Sequence record: MW248466.1
DNA: 64,000 nt
Direction: 5' to 3' (one strand)
Shown here: piece after piece, positions 18,320 through 27,849 of the stretch
How positions within the stretch are numbered: position 1 is the stretch's first letter
Layout: each line of letters starts with the position of its first letter
Position numbers and translations under genes: made by a program
The notes under the pieces: model-generated
The model's input: the letters and a program-made list of their open reading frames with translations, nothing else
What the model was told of the DNA's origin: nothing
The model's database searches: none

Positions 18320-20227
18320 TTATTCTAAAGGTTCTTCTGGAGATTCTTCTACTTGTGAAGTAGAAATATTAATACTAATATCTTTATTTACACCATCAGA
18401 ACTTACTCTAATTTTAGCAGTTCCTGCAGCTTTAGCAGTTACAAGACCACTGTTGTTAACTGAAGCAAATTCAGTTCCTTCAGTAATAGAATAACTTACA
18501 GGATTTCCTTTAGGGTCTGTAGTTACATTTAATTGTTGAGTTTCATTGTCTTTCATATCAATACTATCAGGAGTAACAGTTAAGCTCTTAGTTTTTACTC
18601 TAGAAATATTAACTGTAACATCTTTAGTTACACTATCAGAACTTACTCTAATTTTAGAAGTTCCTTCAGCTTTACCTGAAACTAAACCACTTGTGTTTAC
18701 AGAAGAGAATGTTTCTCCTTCGATAACAGAATAAGATACATTATTCCCTTTAGGATCTGTAACAGAGCTTAGTTGTTGAGTTGATTCTGCATCTATGTTA
18801 ACTGTTTCTGGAGTAACAGTTAGATTTTTAGTTTTTACTCTAGTTACATTAACATTAACTGTCTTACTAATAGAATCAGAACTTACTTTAACTTTAGCAG
18901 TCCCTACTTCTTTAGCAGTTATAAGACCACTATCATTAACTGAAGCAAATTCAGATCCTTCAGTAATAGAATAACTTACATTGTTTGTAGATGGTTGAAT
19001 TTTAACGTCTAACTGTTGAGTTGATTCTGCATCTATGTTAACTTCTTCTGGAGTAACAGTTAGACTCTTAGTCTTTAAACGACTTACATTAACCTCTACA
19101 TTTTTAGAAACATTGTCTGATTTAACTGTAACATTTGCAGTTCCTTCAGAAATACCAGTAATATTTCCTTTATTATCTAATGAAGCAAATTCAGAACCAT
19201 CTTTCAATTCAAAAGTTACTGTTCTTCCTTCAGGTTCAGTAGTAACTTCTAATTTCTGAGTACTTCCTGCTTCAATATTAACTGTTTCTGGAGTAACAGT
19301 TAAGCTTTTAGTTTGATTAATACTTTCAAATTTACCATCTTTAGGATTATAAACTGAATATTCAATATTTTTATCGATTTCTTTTTGGATTGTTTCTTCA
19401 CTTAAAATACGAATATTGAAGTTAGTAATATTATCTTGAATACCTCTTTCAGATACTTTAACTAAAATTTCACCAGTTTTACTAAAGAATAATAAACGAT
19501 TTTTATCTTCTTGATATTTAGCATAGTTATCATCACTAATATTTACAGATAATAATTGTAATAGATTTTCTTTAGCTACAGGAGTAACTTCTTTAGTATC
19601 GAAATCTTTATAACCTAAGATTTTATCTAAAGGTAAAGCAGATTCTTTAAGAACGTTAATATCTTGTTGTAATTGAACAAGACGACCTGTAAATTTACCG
19701 TATTCTTTAACTTTAATAAAAATTGAATCTTTAACACGTTCAAAGATATTTTTATGTCCTTCAGAAATAGCAATATCATAATTTTCTGAAGCATCTTTAG
19801 GGAAATACAGTTTAAGTTCATATTCTTCATTAATCTCTAAATCAGAAGTAGGTAAACTTAAGATTTCAGATTTAATATCTTTAGCAGTATAAGTCTTAAC
19901 TACAGACTTATCTGAAAGTTTAATTAAGTCAAATTTTAATAATCCTAATACATCACGAGCATCTACAGGATTAATATAGAAAGGTACATTAATAAACTTA
20001 CCAGTTTCTCCTTCAGATTTGAAGTAAACTGTTCTTCTATCATATTTAATTTTACCAGTTTCAGGAAGAGGTTGAACATCAGTAACAGTCCAACCAGCTT
20101 GTTTCAAGCTAGCTAGATCATTACTAGAAAGAATAACGTTTTCACGAGGTCCACGTTCACCTAAACCTAAAAATGGAATTAATTTTTCATCTAATAATTT
20201 TACTTTAAAGTAGTTAGTAGTAGCCAT
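18320..20227 (-). CDS. virion surface protein with four bacterial Ig-like (Big_2) domains
   Basis: Four 80-aa repeats KSLTVTPE...GTAKI.VSSD...V.V.V. Confidence 0.85.
   Translation of the reverse strand: MATTNYFKVKLLDEKLIPFLGLGERGPRENVILSSNDLASLKQAGWTVTDVQPLPETGKIKYDRRTVYFKSEGETGKFINVPFYINPVDARDVLGLLKFDLIKLSDKSVVKTYTAKDIKSEILSLPTSDLEINEEYELKLYFPKDASENYDIAISEGHKNIFERVKDSIFIKVKEYGKFTGRLVQLQQDINVLKESALPLDKILGYKDFDTKEVTPVAKENLLQLLSVNISDDNYAKYQEDKNRLLFFSKTGEILVKVSERGIQDNITNFNIRILSEETIQKEIDKNIEYSVYNPKDGKFESINQTKSLTVTPETVNIEAGSTQKLEVTTEPEGRTVTFELKDGSEFASLDNKGNITGISEGTANVTVKSDNVSKNVEVNVSRLKTKSLTVTPEEVNIDAESTQQLDVKIQPSTNNVSYSITEGSEFASVNDSGLITAKEVGTAKVKVSSDSISKTVNVNVTRVKTKNLTVTPETVNIDAESTQQLSSVTDPKGNNVSYSVIEGETFSSVNTSGLVSGKAEGTSKIRVSSDSVTKDVTVNISRVKTKSLTVTPDSIDMKDNETQQLNVTTDPKGNPVSYSITEGTEFASVNNSGLVTAKAAGTAKIRVSSDGVNKDISINISTSQVEESPEEPLE
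18350..19309 (-). repeat. 4 x 240-bp tandem coding repeat (Ig domains)
   Basis: GAGTAACAGT recurs at 18571, 18811, 19051 and 19291. Confidence 0.9.
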
Positions 20228-20250
20228 TCTTAGAATTCACTTTCCTTTCT

Positions 20251-20838
20251 TTATTTTTCTAATAGTAAATCAATTAAATCTTGTTTACGAGCATTTTTAG
20301 TATACTCAATTCCTTTAGAATCTAATTCTTCTTTAAGTTCAGCTACAGTGAATTCATTTAAATCTTCTTCTGTAACATTAACTTCTTCAGAATCTTGTTC
20401 TTCTACTTTTTCATCAACTTTTTCTTCGACTCTCTCGTCTACTTTTTCATCGATAGTAGAAGCTTCTTCTTCAGAACTTTGTTCTTCTTTAGTTTCTTCT
20501 TTTACTTCGTCTGATACTTCGCTATCTGTTCCTTCATCCACTTGCTTCTCTTTGCTGCTGCTTTCATCATTGCTCTGTTCATCTTGTGATTGCGTATCAT
20601 TTGATTTAGAAACTGTTTCATTTTTATCTTCATTCTTATCTTCTTTTTTATTTGATTTATCGCTTGGATATACATAGTCTTCATCAACAATTGTTACTTG
20701 TAAACCTAAACGTCTAAATAAACGAATTTGTGAACCTGAAGCACGGAAAGGTTTAACAAAAGGTCCTTTACCTTTACCAGGCACAAATGCTTTTTCATTA
20801 ATAATAATGAAATTATTATCTTCATTGAAATTTAACAT
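20251..20838 (-). CDS. acidic protein with C-terminal HeH/LEM (SAP-like) domain
   Basis: C-terminal DLNEFTVAELKEELDSKGIEYTKNARKQDLIDLL; acidic disordered middle; N-terminal FVPGKGKGP module. Confidence 0.7.
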   Translation of the reverse strand: MLNFNEDNNFIIINEKAFVPGKGKGPFVKPFRASGSQIRLFRRLGLQVTIVDEDYVYPSDKSNKKEDKNEDKNETVSKSNDTQSQDEQSNDESSSKEKQVDEGTDSEVSDEVKEETKEEQSSEEEASTIDEKVDERVEEKVDEKVEEQDSEEVNVTEEDLNEFTVAELKEELDSKGIEYTKNARKQDLIDLLLEK

Positions 20839-20905
20839 AAATTAGTAATCTCCTTTATCATATTTTATAAATAAAAGTTAAAGAAGGATCTTATAAAAAT
20901 CCTTC

Positions 20906-21703
20906 TTAACTAAAAGTTCCCCATGAACTACCAATACGTTGTCCTTTACCATTTGATTTACCAACTGGAACGTAAACGTATTGTCCTTTAAATTTACCTG
21001 AAACCCAGATAAGACCATCAAAGTCTTGGATTTCTTCGTATTTAATAGAATCACCTTTTCTCATAAATGGACCTGTAGGCCATCCAGTCCATGGACCATT
21101 TTTACGAGTAATGATTCCTGAAGAAACATTACATTTGAAAGTAGCTCTTTCAGTTTTCCATAGAATACCTGCTGAATTACGTTTCCATTTAGCAGATGTA
21201 ACTGCTTTCTTAGGAGCTGCTTTCTTAACTACTTTTTTCTTAACTACTTTTTTCTTAGGAGCTGCTTTCTTAGTAGCTGTATTACTATAAGCTGGACGAA
21301 TTACACCCCAAAATCCTGTATAATCATGGAACACTTTAGCTGCAGGTGAACCATTGCTACCTGCGTTAAACCAGTTCTGATCAATTGAATAGAAATTGTT
21401 TAAGTTAGCTGAAGTAATAATACCTGTATGACCATATACATCATATGGAGGATTAGCCCAAATAGCTATATCTCCTGGTTGAGGTAAGAATGATGGAGTA
21501 TTTTTAATAAGTTTCCATCCTGAAGGCATTGTATTATTTTTAAGATCTTTAGCGTTACCCCAAGGCCAGAATTTTCCATCAGTTAAATAATGACAATAAC
21601 CAATAGTCAAGTCCATACATTGAGCTCCATAAGCACCATCCATATCAAGTCTACGACCAATACGATTATTAACCCAATTCAAAGCTTGAGTTCTAGTTTT
21701 CAT
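20906..21703 (-). CDS. endolysin, CHAP + SH3b
   Basis: DGAYGAQCMDL (catalytic Cys), YGHTGI (His), DQNW; C-terminal staphylococcal-type SH3b WKRNSAGILWKTE. Confidence 0.92.
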   Translation of the reverse strand: MKTRTQALNWVNNRIGRRLDMDGAYGAQCMDLTIGYCHYLTDGKFWPWGNAKDLKNNTMPSGWKLIKNTPSFLPQPGDIAIWANPPYDVYGHTGIITSANLNNFYSIDQNWFNAGSNGSPAAKVFHDYTGFWGVIRPAYSNTATKKAAPKKKVVKKKVVKKAAPKKAVTSAKWKRNSAGILWKTERATFKCNVSSGIITRKNGPWTGWPTGPFMRKGDSIKYEEIQDFDGLIWVSGKFKGQYVYVPVGKSNGKGQRIGSSWGTFS

Positions 21704-21746
21704 ATTTTATTCAAACCCTTTCGATAAATTTTTCTTTATTTCTTTA

Positions 21747-21758
21747 TATTTAGTTGTT
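21747..21758 (-). promoter_or_regulatory. late-type promoter AACA-N6-TA
   Basis: AACA ACTAAA TA upstream of the CHAP lysin. Further copies at 22849, 25330, 29158, 30655, 41569, 48263, 60962, 62605 (-) and 36780, 56759 (+). Confidence 0.65.
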
Positions 21759-21796
21759 CTTTTATAAAAATAATATGTTTCATAATAATATAAAAA

Positions 21797-21839
21797 TATA
21801 TACCCTAACGATCATATTAAAGATTCGTTAGGGTATATA
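21797..21839. terminator. hairpin terminator between the two lysin genes
   Basis: 15-bp stem TATATACCCTAACGA/TCGTTAGGGTATATA. Confidence 0.75.
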
Positions 21840-21869
21840 AAATTATAATTCACATTATAGAATCATTTA

Positions 21870-22820
21870 TTAACTAAATGTTCCCCATGCTGGACCAATA
21901 CGTTTACCATTACTATTTGATTTACCAACCGGTACGTATACATATTGTCCTTTAAATTTACCTGAAACCCAAATGTATCCGTTGAAATCTTGGACTTCAT
22001 CATATTTAATAGTCTCTCCCTTACTCATACGAGGACCTTGTGGCCATCCAGTCCATGGACCATTTTTACGAGTAATAATTCCTACTGAAACTCCACATTT
22101 AAATGTAGCTTTTTCAGTTTTCCATAGAATACCAGCAGAATTACGTTTCCAAGTACTTGAAGTTTCTGTACTTGTTTTCTGAGGTTTTGCAGGTGCCTTT
22201 TCTTTAGCAGGAACTTTAGTTGCAGTTTCTTTTTTAGCTGTAGAAGTTGCTCCTGACTTCATATAAGCTAGAACTTTTTTATCTACATTAGAAACACTAC
22301 GAGACATACCACATGCAGCTAATAAGTTACCTGGATCTTGTTTATTTGCTTGAATATTTTGATGACCTGGCATATTTGTACTTGCATTAATTTTATATTC
22401 TTTACATAAGAAAGCAAGAACACGACAATAGTTATCAAATGATTTTAATGAACGACTTCTATTATTAAAGTAACATCCTTCTACACCGATAGCTGCATCG
22501 TTTGCATCTACTCCATACCAAGCATTATCAGTTGGTGTACCATACAAAACATGCCATGCTTTTTCATCTAAAGGAACACAGATAATACATTCTTTATCAT
22601 CGACAAAGATATGAGCTGATGCTGTATAGTTCCAATCAATATTATATGAATTACGATAGTAATCAACATTATTTTGAGCTGTTGTATTAGGGTTTCCTGT
22701 GTCATGAGCAACAATAAATTTAGGACCGTTAAGCTTATCTCCAGCTCTACGAGTACCTATTGGTAAAAAATCAGTATAAACAGGAACACCGTTCCATGTA
22801 CCGATATGTTTTTTAGCCAT
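21870..22820 (-). CDS. endolysin, N-acetylmuramoyl-L-alanine amidase (Amidase_2) + SH3b
   Basis: IVAHDTGN, SAHIFVD, AWH, IGVE, GHQNIQANKQDPG; SH3b nearly identical to that of 20906..21703. Confidence 0.92.
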   Translation of the reverse strand: MAKKHIGTWNGVPVYTDFLPIGTRRAGDKLNGPKFIVAHDTGNPNTTAQNNVDYYRNSYNIDWNYTASAHIFVDDKECIICVPLDEKAWHVLYGTPTDNAWYGVDANDAAIGVEGCYFNNRSRSLKSFDNYCRVLAFLCKEYKINASTNMPGHQNIQANKQDPGNLLAACGMSRSVSNVDKKVLAYMKSGATSTAKKETATKVPAKEKAPAKPQKTSTETSSTWKRNSAGILWKTEKATFKCGVSVGIITRKNGPWTGWPQGPRMSKGETIKYDEVQDFNGYIWVSGKFKGQYVYVPVGKSNSNGKRIGPAWGTFS

Positions 22821-22885
22821 AAAAAATTTCCTCCATTTATTTTTATTATATTTAACTGTTTCTAAAAATCTATACTATCAATCTA

Positions 22886-25168
22886 TTAAAAGAATTTATT
22901 TACTAAAGGAAGTTTACCAAATCCAAAATATCCTTCAAAATTATATACTTCATTAATAGAAGTAGTATGAGAACTGTATGTCTTGGGATAAACTTTTTGT
23001 AATTTTTCATTTCTATGTTGTATAGAGAATAATCCATTACCGTATTTATCTCCATCTCTAGTATTATATTTCATTCTCAAAGTTTCATATCCATTTATAT
23101 TATCACATGTAATATAGAAATCTGGATAGCTATCAGAAAGGGCTATATAACCATAGGGGGCATCCTCTTCAATAGGTATATAAGAGTTATCATATATATT
23201 TAAATCATGTTCATTACCATATGAAGTTACTAATCTATCAGCAAATTCCGGATTAATTGTAAACATGTTTACATAACCACTAGATATACTAACTTCTTTA
23301 AGCCATTCAAATTTGGTATTAAATTTAACACCTCTAGATGTTATTGTAGATATACATATAACTTCACATACTTTCTCACCACTTGCAGAATTTATACCAA
23401 ATAAATGTTGAACTATTTTTAACTCATTAAATTGAGTTTTTGTGGCCGATGTATTTATAGAAACTTCTTTACCATCCAATAATATATACTGTTTTCCAAC
23501 ATCTGATAGTTTAAGTGTGCCTACATTATTGTGTTCAGGTATCCATTCTCTAGTATCATTATATCTCACATCAAATGCAAATTCTTTATTACTATCGTAT
23601 ATTACATTAACTGTATTATAACTTATACTACTATATTCAAAAGTTTCCCAGTTTCTATCATCTTCAGTAGTATCTAATTTAATCCATCCCCTTGGAGTTT
23701 CTACTGGGTTATTTTCATCTGCACCAATAAATTCTAATTCCAGAGTATGTTCCCCATCATCTAAACCTTTAGCTATTTCATTCTCTCCAACACTTGCTTG
23801 AAGCAAATTATCTGGCGTTTGTGCATTTAAATGAGTACTTACGTTTTTTACAAATTCACCATCTATAGAAGCCTTCCAAGAACCTCCTCTGTTATCTGTA
23901 TAATATCTAAATTTAACTCCATTTCCATTAAATTTAAAGGTTATTTTTACTCCTTGTGCAGTTGTATAAAAATTGTCACCTGATCCACTTAATGTACTTG
24001 CTCCGGATAACATTGTAGAATCATAGTTTTGATAAAATTTATTAGAATCTGTTCTAGATGTTAAATCGACTGTTCTAAATTTTAAGAAATCATCATTAGA
24101 GTTTTTTCTGAAATACATGTTGTAATTTTCTGTTTCTGAGAGATTTAACTCTATATTCAAATCTCTATCAGCATTTATAGTTAAATAATTATTTTTATCT
24201 AATGAACTATTCTCATTTAAGAAATTCATAAAGTTTCTTTCATCTTGTTTTTCTTTTAAAAATTTACTGTCTAATTCATATTCTTCTATATCAGGCGTGA
24301 AACCAGGATCTCCTTTAACTTTTAATGATTCTAATTGCTCTGAAGTGAAATCTTCATATTTAAATGGTTCTCCTTTAGCACCAGGAGTTCCTGGTTCACC
24401 TTTATACATCTCTGCATTTTCAACCATATAATTTCTGATATTTTCTTTATAATTATCTAAACTTTGACTAAATTCTTTTATATTATTATCCACATTTTCA
24501 TATTTACTATCCAAATCGTTTTTAAAAGTAGTGATATTTTGTCTTAAGCCTTCCATATCATCTTTTATACCTTTAATCATATTTACATTAGAACTTAAAC
24601 TTTCCATCTCTTCAGATAAACTCATAGTATTATTATAATCATTTTGAAATTTAATTTTAGTGCTCTCAAAAGAATTTAAAAATGATTCAATTTCATTTAA
24701 TTTACTTTTAACTTCATTAAATAAGCTTTCAATATTTTCTTTATCCCCTTGAATATCTATTTTTTTATCTTCTAAATCATATTTAACTTTATCCAAGTTA
24801 CTTAAATAATTATTTAATTCTTCTTCATTAATTTTATTGTCTTTAATTGAATTAAGTTTTTCTTCAATATTTTTATTAATATTGTTTGCATCGTTAGACA
24901 ACATTTTAATCTGTTTAAAAGCTTCATTAATTTGAAGATATTTTTGTTTTATAAAGTCTTCAATAGAGAAGTAATCAGATACATCATATTTCCCATCTAA
25001 ATTTAAATCAACATAATCATTTTTATTTACCTTTACATATTGAATGTTCATTAAATCATAATAATCCAATGTATTTCTATCAACATAATAAGGTTTATTT
25101 ATAGGCCCCATACCTTTACCCGGAATATAAGTTTTTTGAGGAACTATAATTAGTATACTATCTTCCAT
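22886..25168 (-). CDS. tail fibre / receptor-binding-like virion protein
   Basis: Coiled coil, collagen-like GEPGTPGAKGEPFKYEDFTSEQLESLK, then a carbohydrate-binding-like beta domain (FNGNGVKF...GGSWKASIDG). Confidence 0.6.
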   Translation of the reverse strand: MEDSILIIVPQKTYIPGKGMGPINKPYYVDRNTLDYYDLMNIQYVKVNKNDYVDLNLDGKYDVSDYFSIEDFIKQKYLQINEAFKQIKMLSNDANNINKNIEEKLNSIKDNKINEEELNNYLSNLDKVKYDLEDKKIDIQGDKENIESLFNEVKSKLNEIESFLNSFESTKIKFQNDYNNTMSLSEEMESLSSNVNMIKGIKDDMEGLRQNITTFKNDLDSKYENVDNNIKEFSQSLDNYKENIRNYMVENAEMYKGEPGTPGAKGEPFKYEDFTSEQLESLKVKGDPGFTPDIEEYELDSKFLKEKQDERNFMNFLNENSSLDKNNYLTINADRDLNIELNLSETENYNMYFRKNSNDDFLKFRTVDLTSRTDSNKFYQNYDSTMLSGASTLSGSGDNFYTTAQGVKITFKFNGNGVKFRYYTDNRGGSWKASIDGEFVKNVSTHLNAQTPDNLLQASVGENEIAKGLDDGEHTLELEFIGADENNPVETPRGWIKLDTTEDDRNWETFEYSSISYNTVNVIYDSNKEFAFDVRYNDTREWIPEHNNVGTLKLSDVGKQYILLDGKEVSINTSATKTQFNELKIVQHLFGINSASGEKVCEVICISTITSRGVKFNTKFEWLKEVSISSGYVNMFTINPEFADRLVTSYGNEHDLNIYDNSYIPIEEDAPYGYIALSDSYPDFYITCDNINGYETLRMKYNTRDGDKYGNGLFSIQHRNEKLQKVYPKTYSSHTTSINEVYNFEGYFGFGKLPLVNKFF

Positions 25169-25206
25169 ACTATATTTCCACTCCTTTAAATTTGATCTGT
25201 AAAATC

Positions 25207-25284
25207 CCCCTAATATATTTTTAAATCGATGATTATTCTATTCTTATAATTATTGGCTCATCGTTTAAAGTTATATATTAGGGG
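25207..25284. promoter_or_regulatory. long imperfect hairpin in leader of 22886..25168
   Basis: ~25 bp: CCCCTAATATAT/ATATATTAGGGG plus TTTTAAA-CGATGA/TCATCG-TTTAAAG. Confidence 0.6.
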
Positions 25285-25348
25285 AACTAATTTTAGTCGA
25301 AAAAAACTAACGAAAATTAATTTTTATTATATAATAATGTTATAAATT

Positions 25349-27826
25349 TTAACCATTAATAATCTTAAAATTATTTTCGTTTAATAAATCTCTTTCTAAT
25401 CTACTTTCTTCAGAAAGTTTTTCCATCAATTCTTCTTCTGTATATTCGTCAAAAGATACAGAATTATATCCATTAATAGAAATAGAAGATTCATTAACTT
25501 GAATTGATTTACTTACATTTAAATCACTGATATTTTCTTCTAAGAATTTTTTAAGACGTGTTTCATCTCTATTAGGTACATTTTCATAAGCTTCAAACAC
25601 TATATCTTCATAATATTCTTCTAATGATTCTTCATGTCCTTCATAAAGTGAATCATCTTTATTTCTTAATTGGAAATTAATATCTTCTTCTAGTAATTCT
25701 AAATTAACTTCTTCAGATAATCTTTCTTTAACATCTTCGTTAACTTCATCTAAAGGATTAAGGTAATCTTCTAAAAGACCTGATTGAGCTTCATTATTAA
25801 CACGTTGAATTGTATTCATATTAAATTCTTTTTCTAAGTTTTCTAAAGTTATTTCATTATCTGTATAGAATTCTTTAAGAACTTTATTTACTTTAGGTTC
25901 AACTACAATAACTTTCTTAAATCCTAAACCGAAATCAACTTTATCAACTAATAATGAAGAAGGATTATATACTTTAGGAACTTCATCCATATAAGATTCT
26001 TTACTAATAACTATATCAACACGTTTACCTAGAGATTCAGATAAAGCATTTGTATATCTAATTAAATCTTTAATTGTGTAAGTTTCATTAACTTCATCTT
26101 CATTAATAACTTTAGTTTTAAAATCAACATCAGTAGAACCACAATTTTCACATACTAATTCATCTTCATTAACATTAGGATCGACTGTTTCTTGAACTCC
26201 ACATTCATTACAAATTACTTCTCCAACTTCTTTAGAAGTTTTTAAAGATTCTTCAATTTCCTCATTACAATTTTCACATACTAATTCATTTGATTCATTC
26301 ATCGTTAGATTACTTCCACAATTTTCACAAATAGCTTTTCCATTTTCAATTTTACCTGTTTCATTTAAGATACGTCTAACAGTTTCAATTGATTCATTAG
26401 TAACAAAAATTTGTTTTTCATTTTCGTTCTCTAATTTAAATGTATTTAATAGAGTTTCATGAATTTTCTCTGAATGATTTTTAAATGATTTAACTACAGC
26501 AAAATCAGAATCTTCTCTCATATATACATATGGGAAAGCTTGATTGTTTTTATCATCAACATAATTTTCATTAGCAATTATATTTTGTTTTTCAGTATTA
26601 ACTTCTTTAGCTTCTGGAGTACCTATAGCATACCCTACTTCAGCAGGAGTATCTAAAATTCCATTTTTTAAATCTACAAAAGTAAATTCAGGAGCTGGAT
26701 CTTTATCGTATAAATAAGTTTCAGTAACTGCTCCTCCAACACTTGGAGAACTATTTGCAGCAGATAAACCTCCATCGCTAACAGAACCAACATTTGTATT
26801 TGCATTAGAAGTACTTACTGAATAAGTTGCATGTGGACCAAAAGTAGTAGGAACCATCATTTGAGAGTCTAAGAATTTAGCTCTTAATTCAGAATATCCT
26901 GGTTGTTTCTTATCTTCATCATCGTCTTCTTTTTCATCTTCGAATAAGTAATCTTCTTCAATAGAAATTTCAGGATCTGAGTTAGCTACATCAGTAACGA
27001 TAACTTCATCTTTATCAGCCACAATTGGTTGATCATAATCAGGATGATCTGAATCAATTACTTGAACATCATCTTCATCTTCGGCATCTTCAATTTCATC
27101 AAGATCATCAGATTCTTCGTCATCAATTTCTTCTTCATCTTCATTAATTAAGTTGTTAAACATTTCTTCTAATTCTTCATCATCTTCAGGAATGTCACGT
27201 TTTAATTCTTCATTCTCATCATCATTTAAATCATCTTCGAATAATAACATATCATTTTCAATATCTTCTTCTATGATATTTTTCTTAACTAATAAAGAAT
27301 GTATTTTATCATTAATTTTTTTCTTTTTATTTTCATCAGGTTTTATATTTGATTTTTCTACATTACCTTTTTTGAATTTGCTTGAAAGACCTTTAATTTT
27401 ATCAAAATTCTTTATAACTATATTTTTGAAACCTTCATTAGTATTTTCAAGATCTTCCTTGATATTTCCTTTTTTATCGAGAATCTCTTTAGCTGAATAT
27501 TTAGAAACTTTCAATCCAAACATTTGTTTGTTAATTTCTTCAACATAATGTGAAGTCACTGCTAGAAATACTTCGTCAAGCATATCTAAAGCTTCTTTTT
27601 CACTACGGAATTTTCTTACTAAAAATGATTTATCAAAAACTTCTAAATCTTTACTTACAAAAAATATCCCAGCCATTAATTTTTTATCAACAGTGTAAAA
27701 AACGGCACTATTAACAATCTCGTATCCTTCTTCTCTCAATGCTCTTGAATAAGGCATTACTAGATTTATTAAACCATTACTAAATTTATCTAATGTTTTT
27801 TCAAATTCTTTACTTTGTTTAGCCAA
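25349..27826 (-). CDS. large acidic head/scaffold-like protein with CxxC zinc-ribbon repeats
   Basis: 825 aa, D/E-rich; ICENCGS, VCENCN, ICNECG, VCENCGS; many x-N-E motifs. Confidence 0.6.
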   Translation of the reverse strand: MAKQSKEFEKTLDKFSNGLINLVMPYSRALREEGYEIVNSAVFYTVDKKLMAGIFFVSKDLEVFDKSFLVRKFRSEKEALDMLDEVFLAVTSHYVEEINKQMFGLKVSKYSAKEILDKKGNIKEDLENTNEGFKNIVIKNFDKIKGLSSKFKKGNVEKSNIKPDENKKKKINDKIHSLLVKKNIIEEDIENDMLLFEDDLNDDENEELKRDIPEDDEELEEMFNNLINEDEEEIDDEESDDLDEIEDAEDEDDVQVIDSDHPDYDQPIVADKDEVIVTDVANSDPEISIEEDYLFEDEKEDDDEDKKQPGYSELRAKFLDSQMMVPTTFGPHATYSVSTSNANTNVGSVSDGGLSAANSSPSVGGAVTETYLYDKDPAPEFTFVDLKNGILDTPAEVGYAIGTPEAKEVNTEKQNIIANENYVDDKNNQAFPYVYMREDSDFAVVKSFKNHSEKIHETLLNTFKLENENEKQIFVTNESIETVRRILNETGKIENGKAICENCGSNLTMNESNELVCENCNEEIEESLKTSKEVGEVICNECGVQETVDPNVNEDELVCENCGSTDVDFKTKVINEDEVNETYTIKDLIRYTNALSESLGKRVDIVISKESYMDEVPKVYNPSSLLVDKVDFGLGFKKVIVVEPKVNKVLKEFYTDNEITLENLEKEFNMNTIQRVNNEAQSGLLEDYLNPLDEVNEDVKERLSEEVNLELLEEDINFQLRNKDDSLYEGHEESLEEYYEDIVFEAYENVPNRDETRLKKFLEENISDLNVSKSIQVNESSISINGYNSVSFDEYTEEELMEKLSEESRLERDLLNENNFKIING

Positions 27827-27849
27827 TTTAATTTCAATCCTTTCAAATT

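Noticed and set aside
20906-22200. Diversity-generating retroelement TR/VR pair (duplicated SH3b DNA)
   Set aside because: Differences are mostly synonymous and not adenine-specific, both copies are coding, and no reverse transcriptase is in the window.
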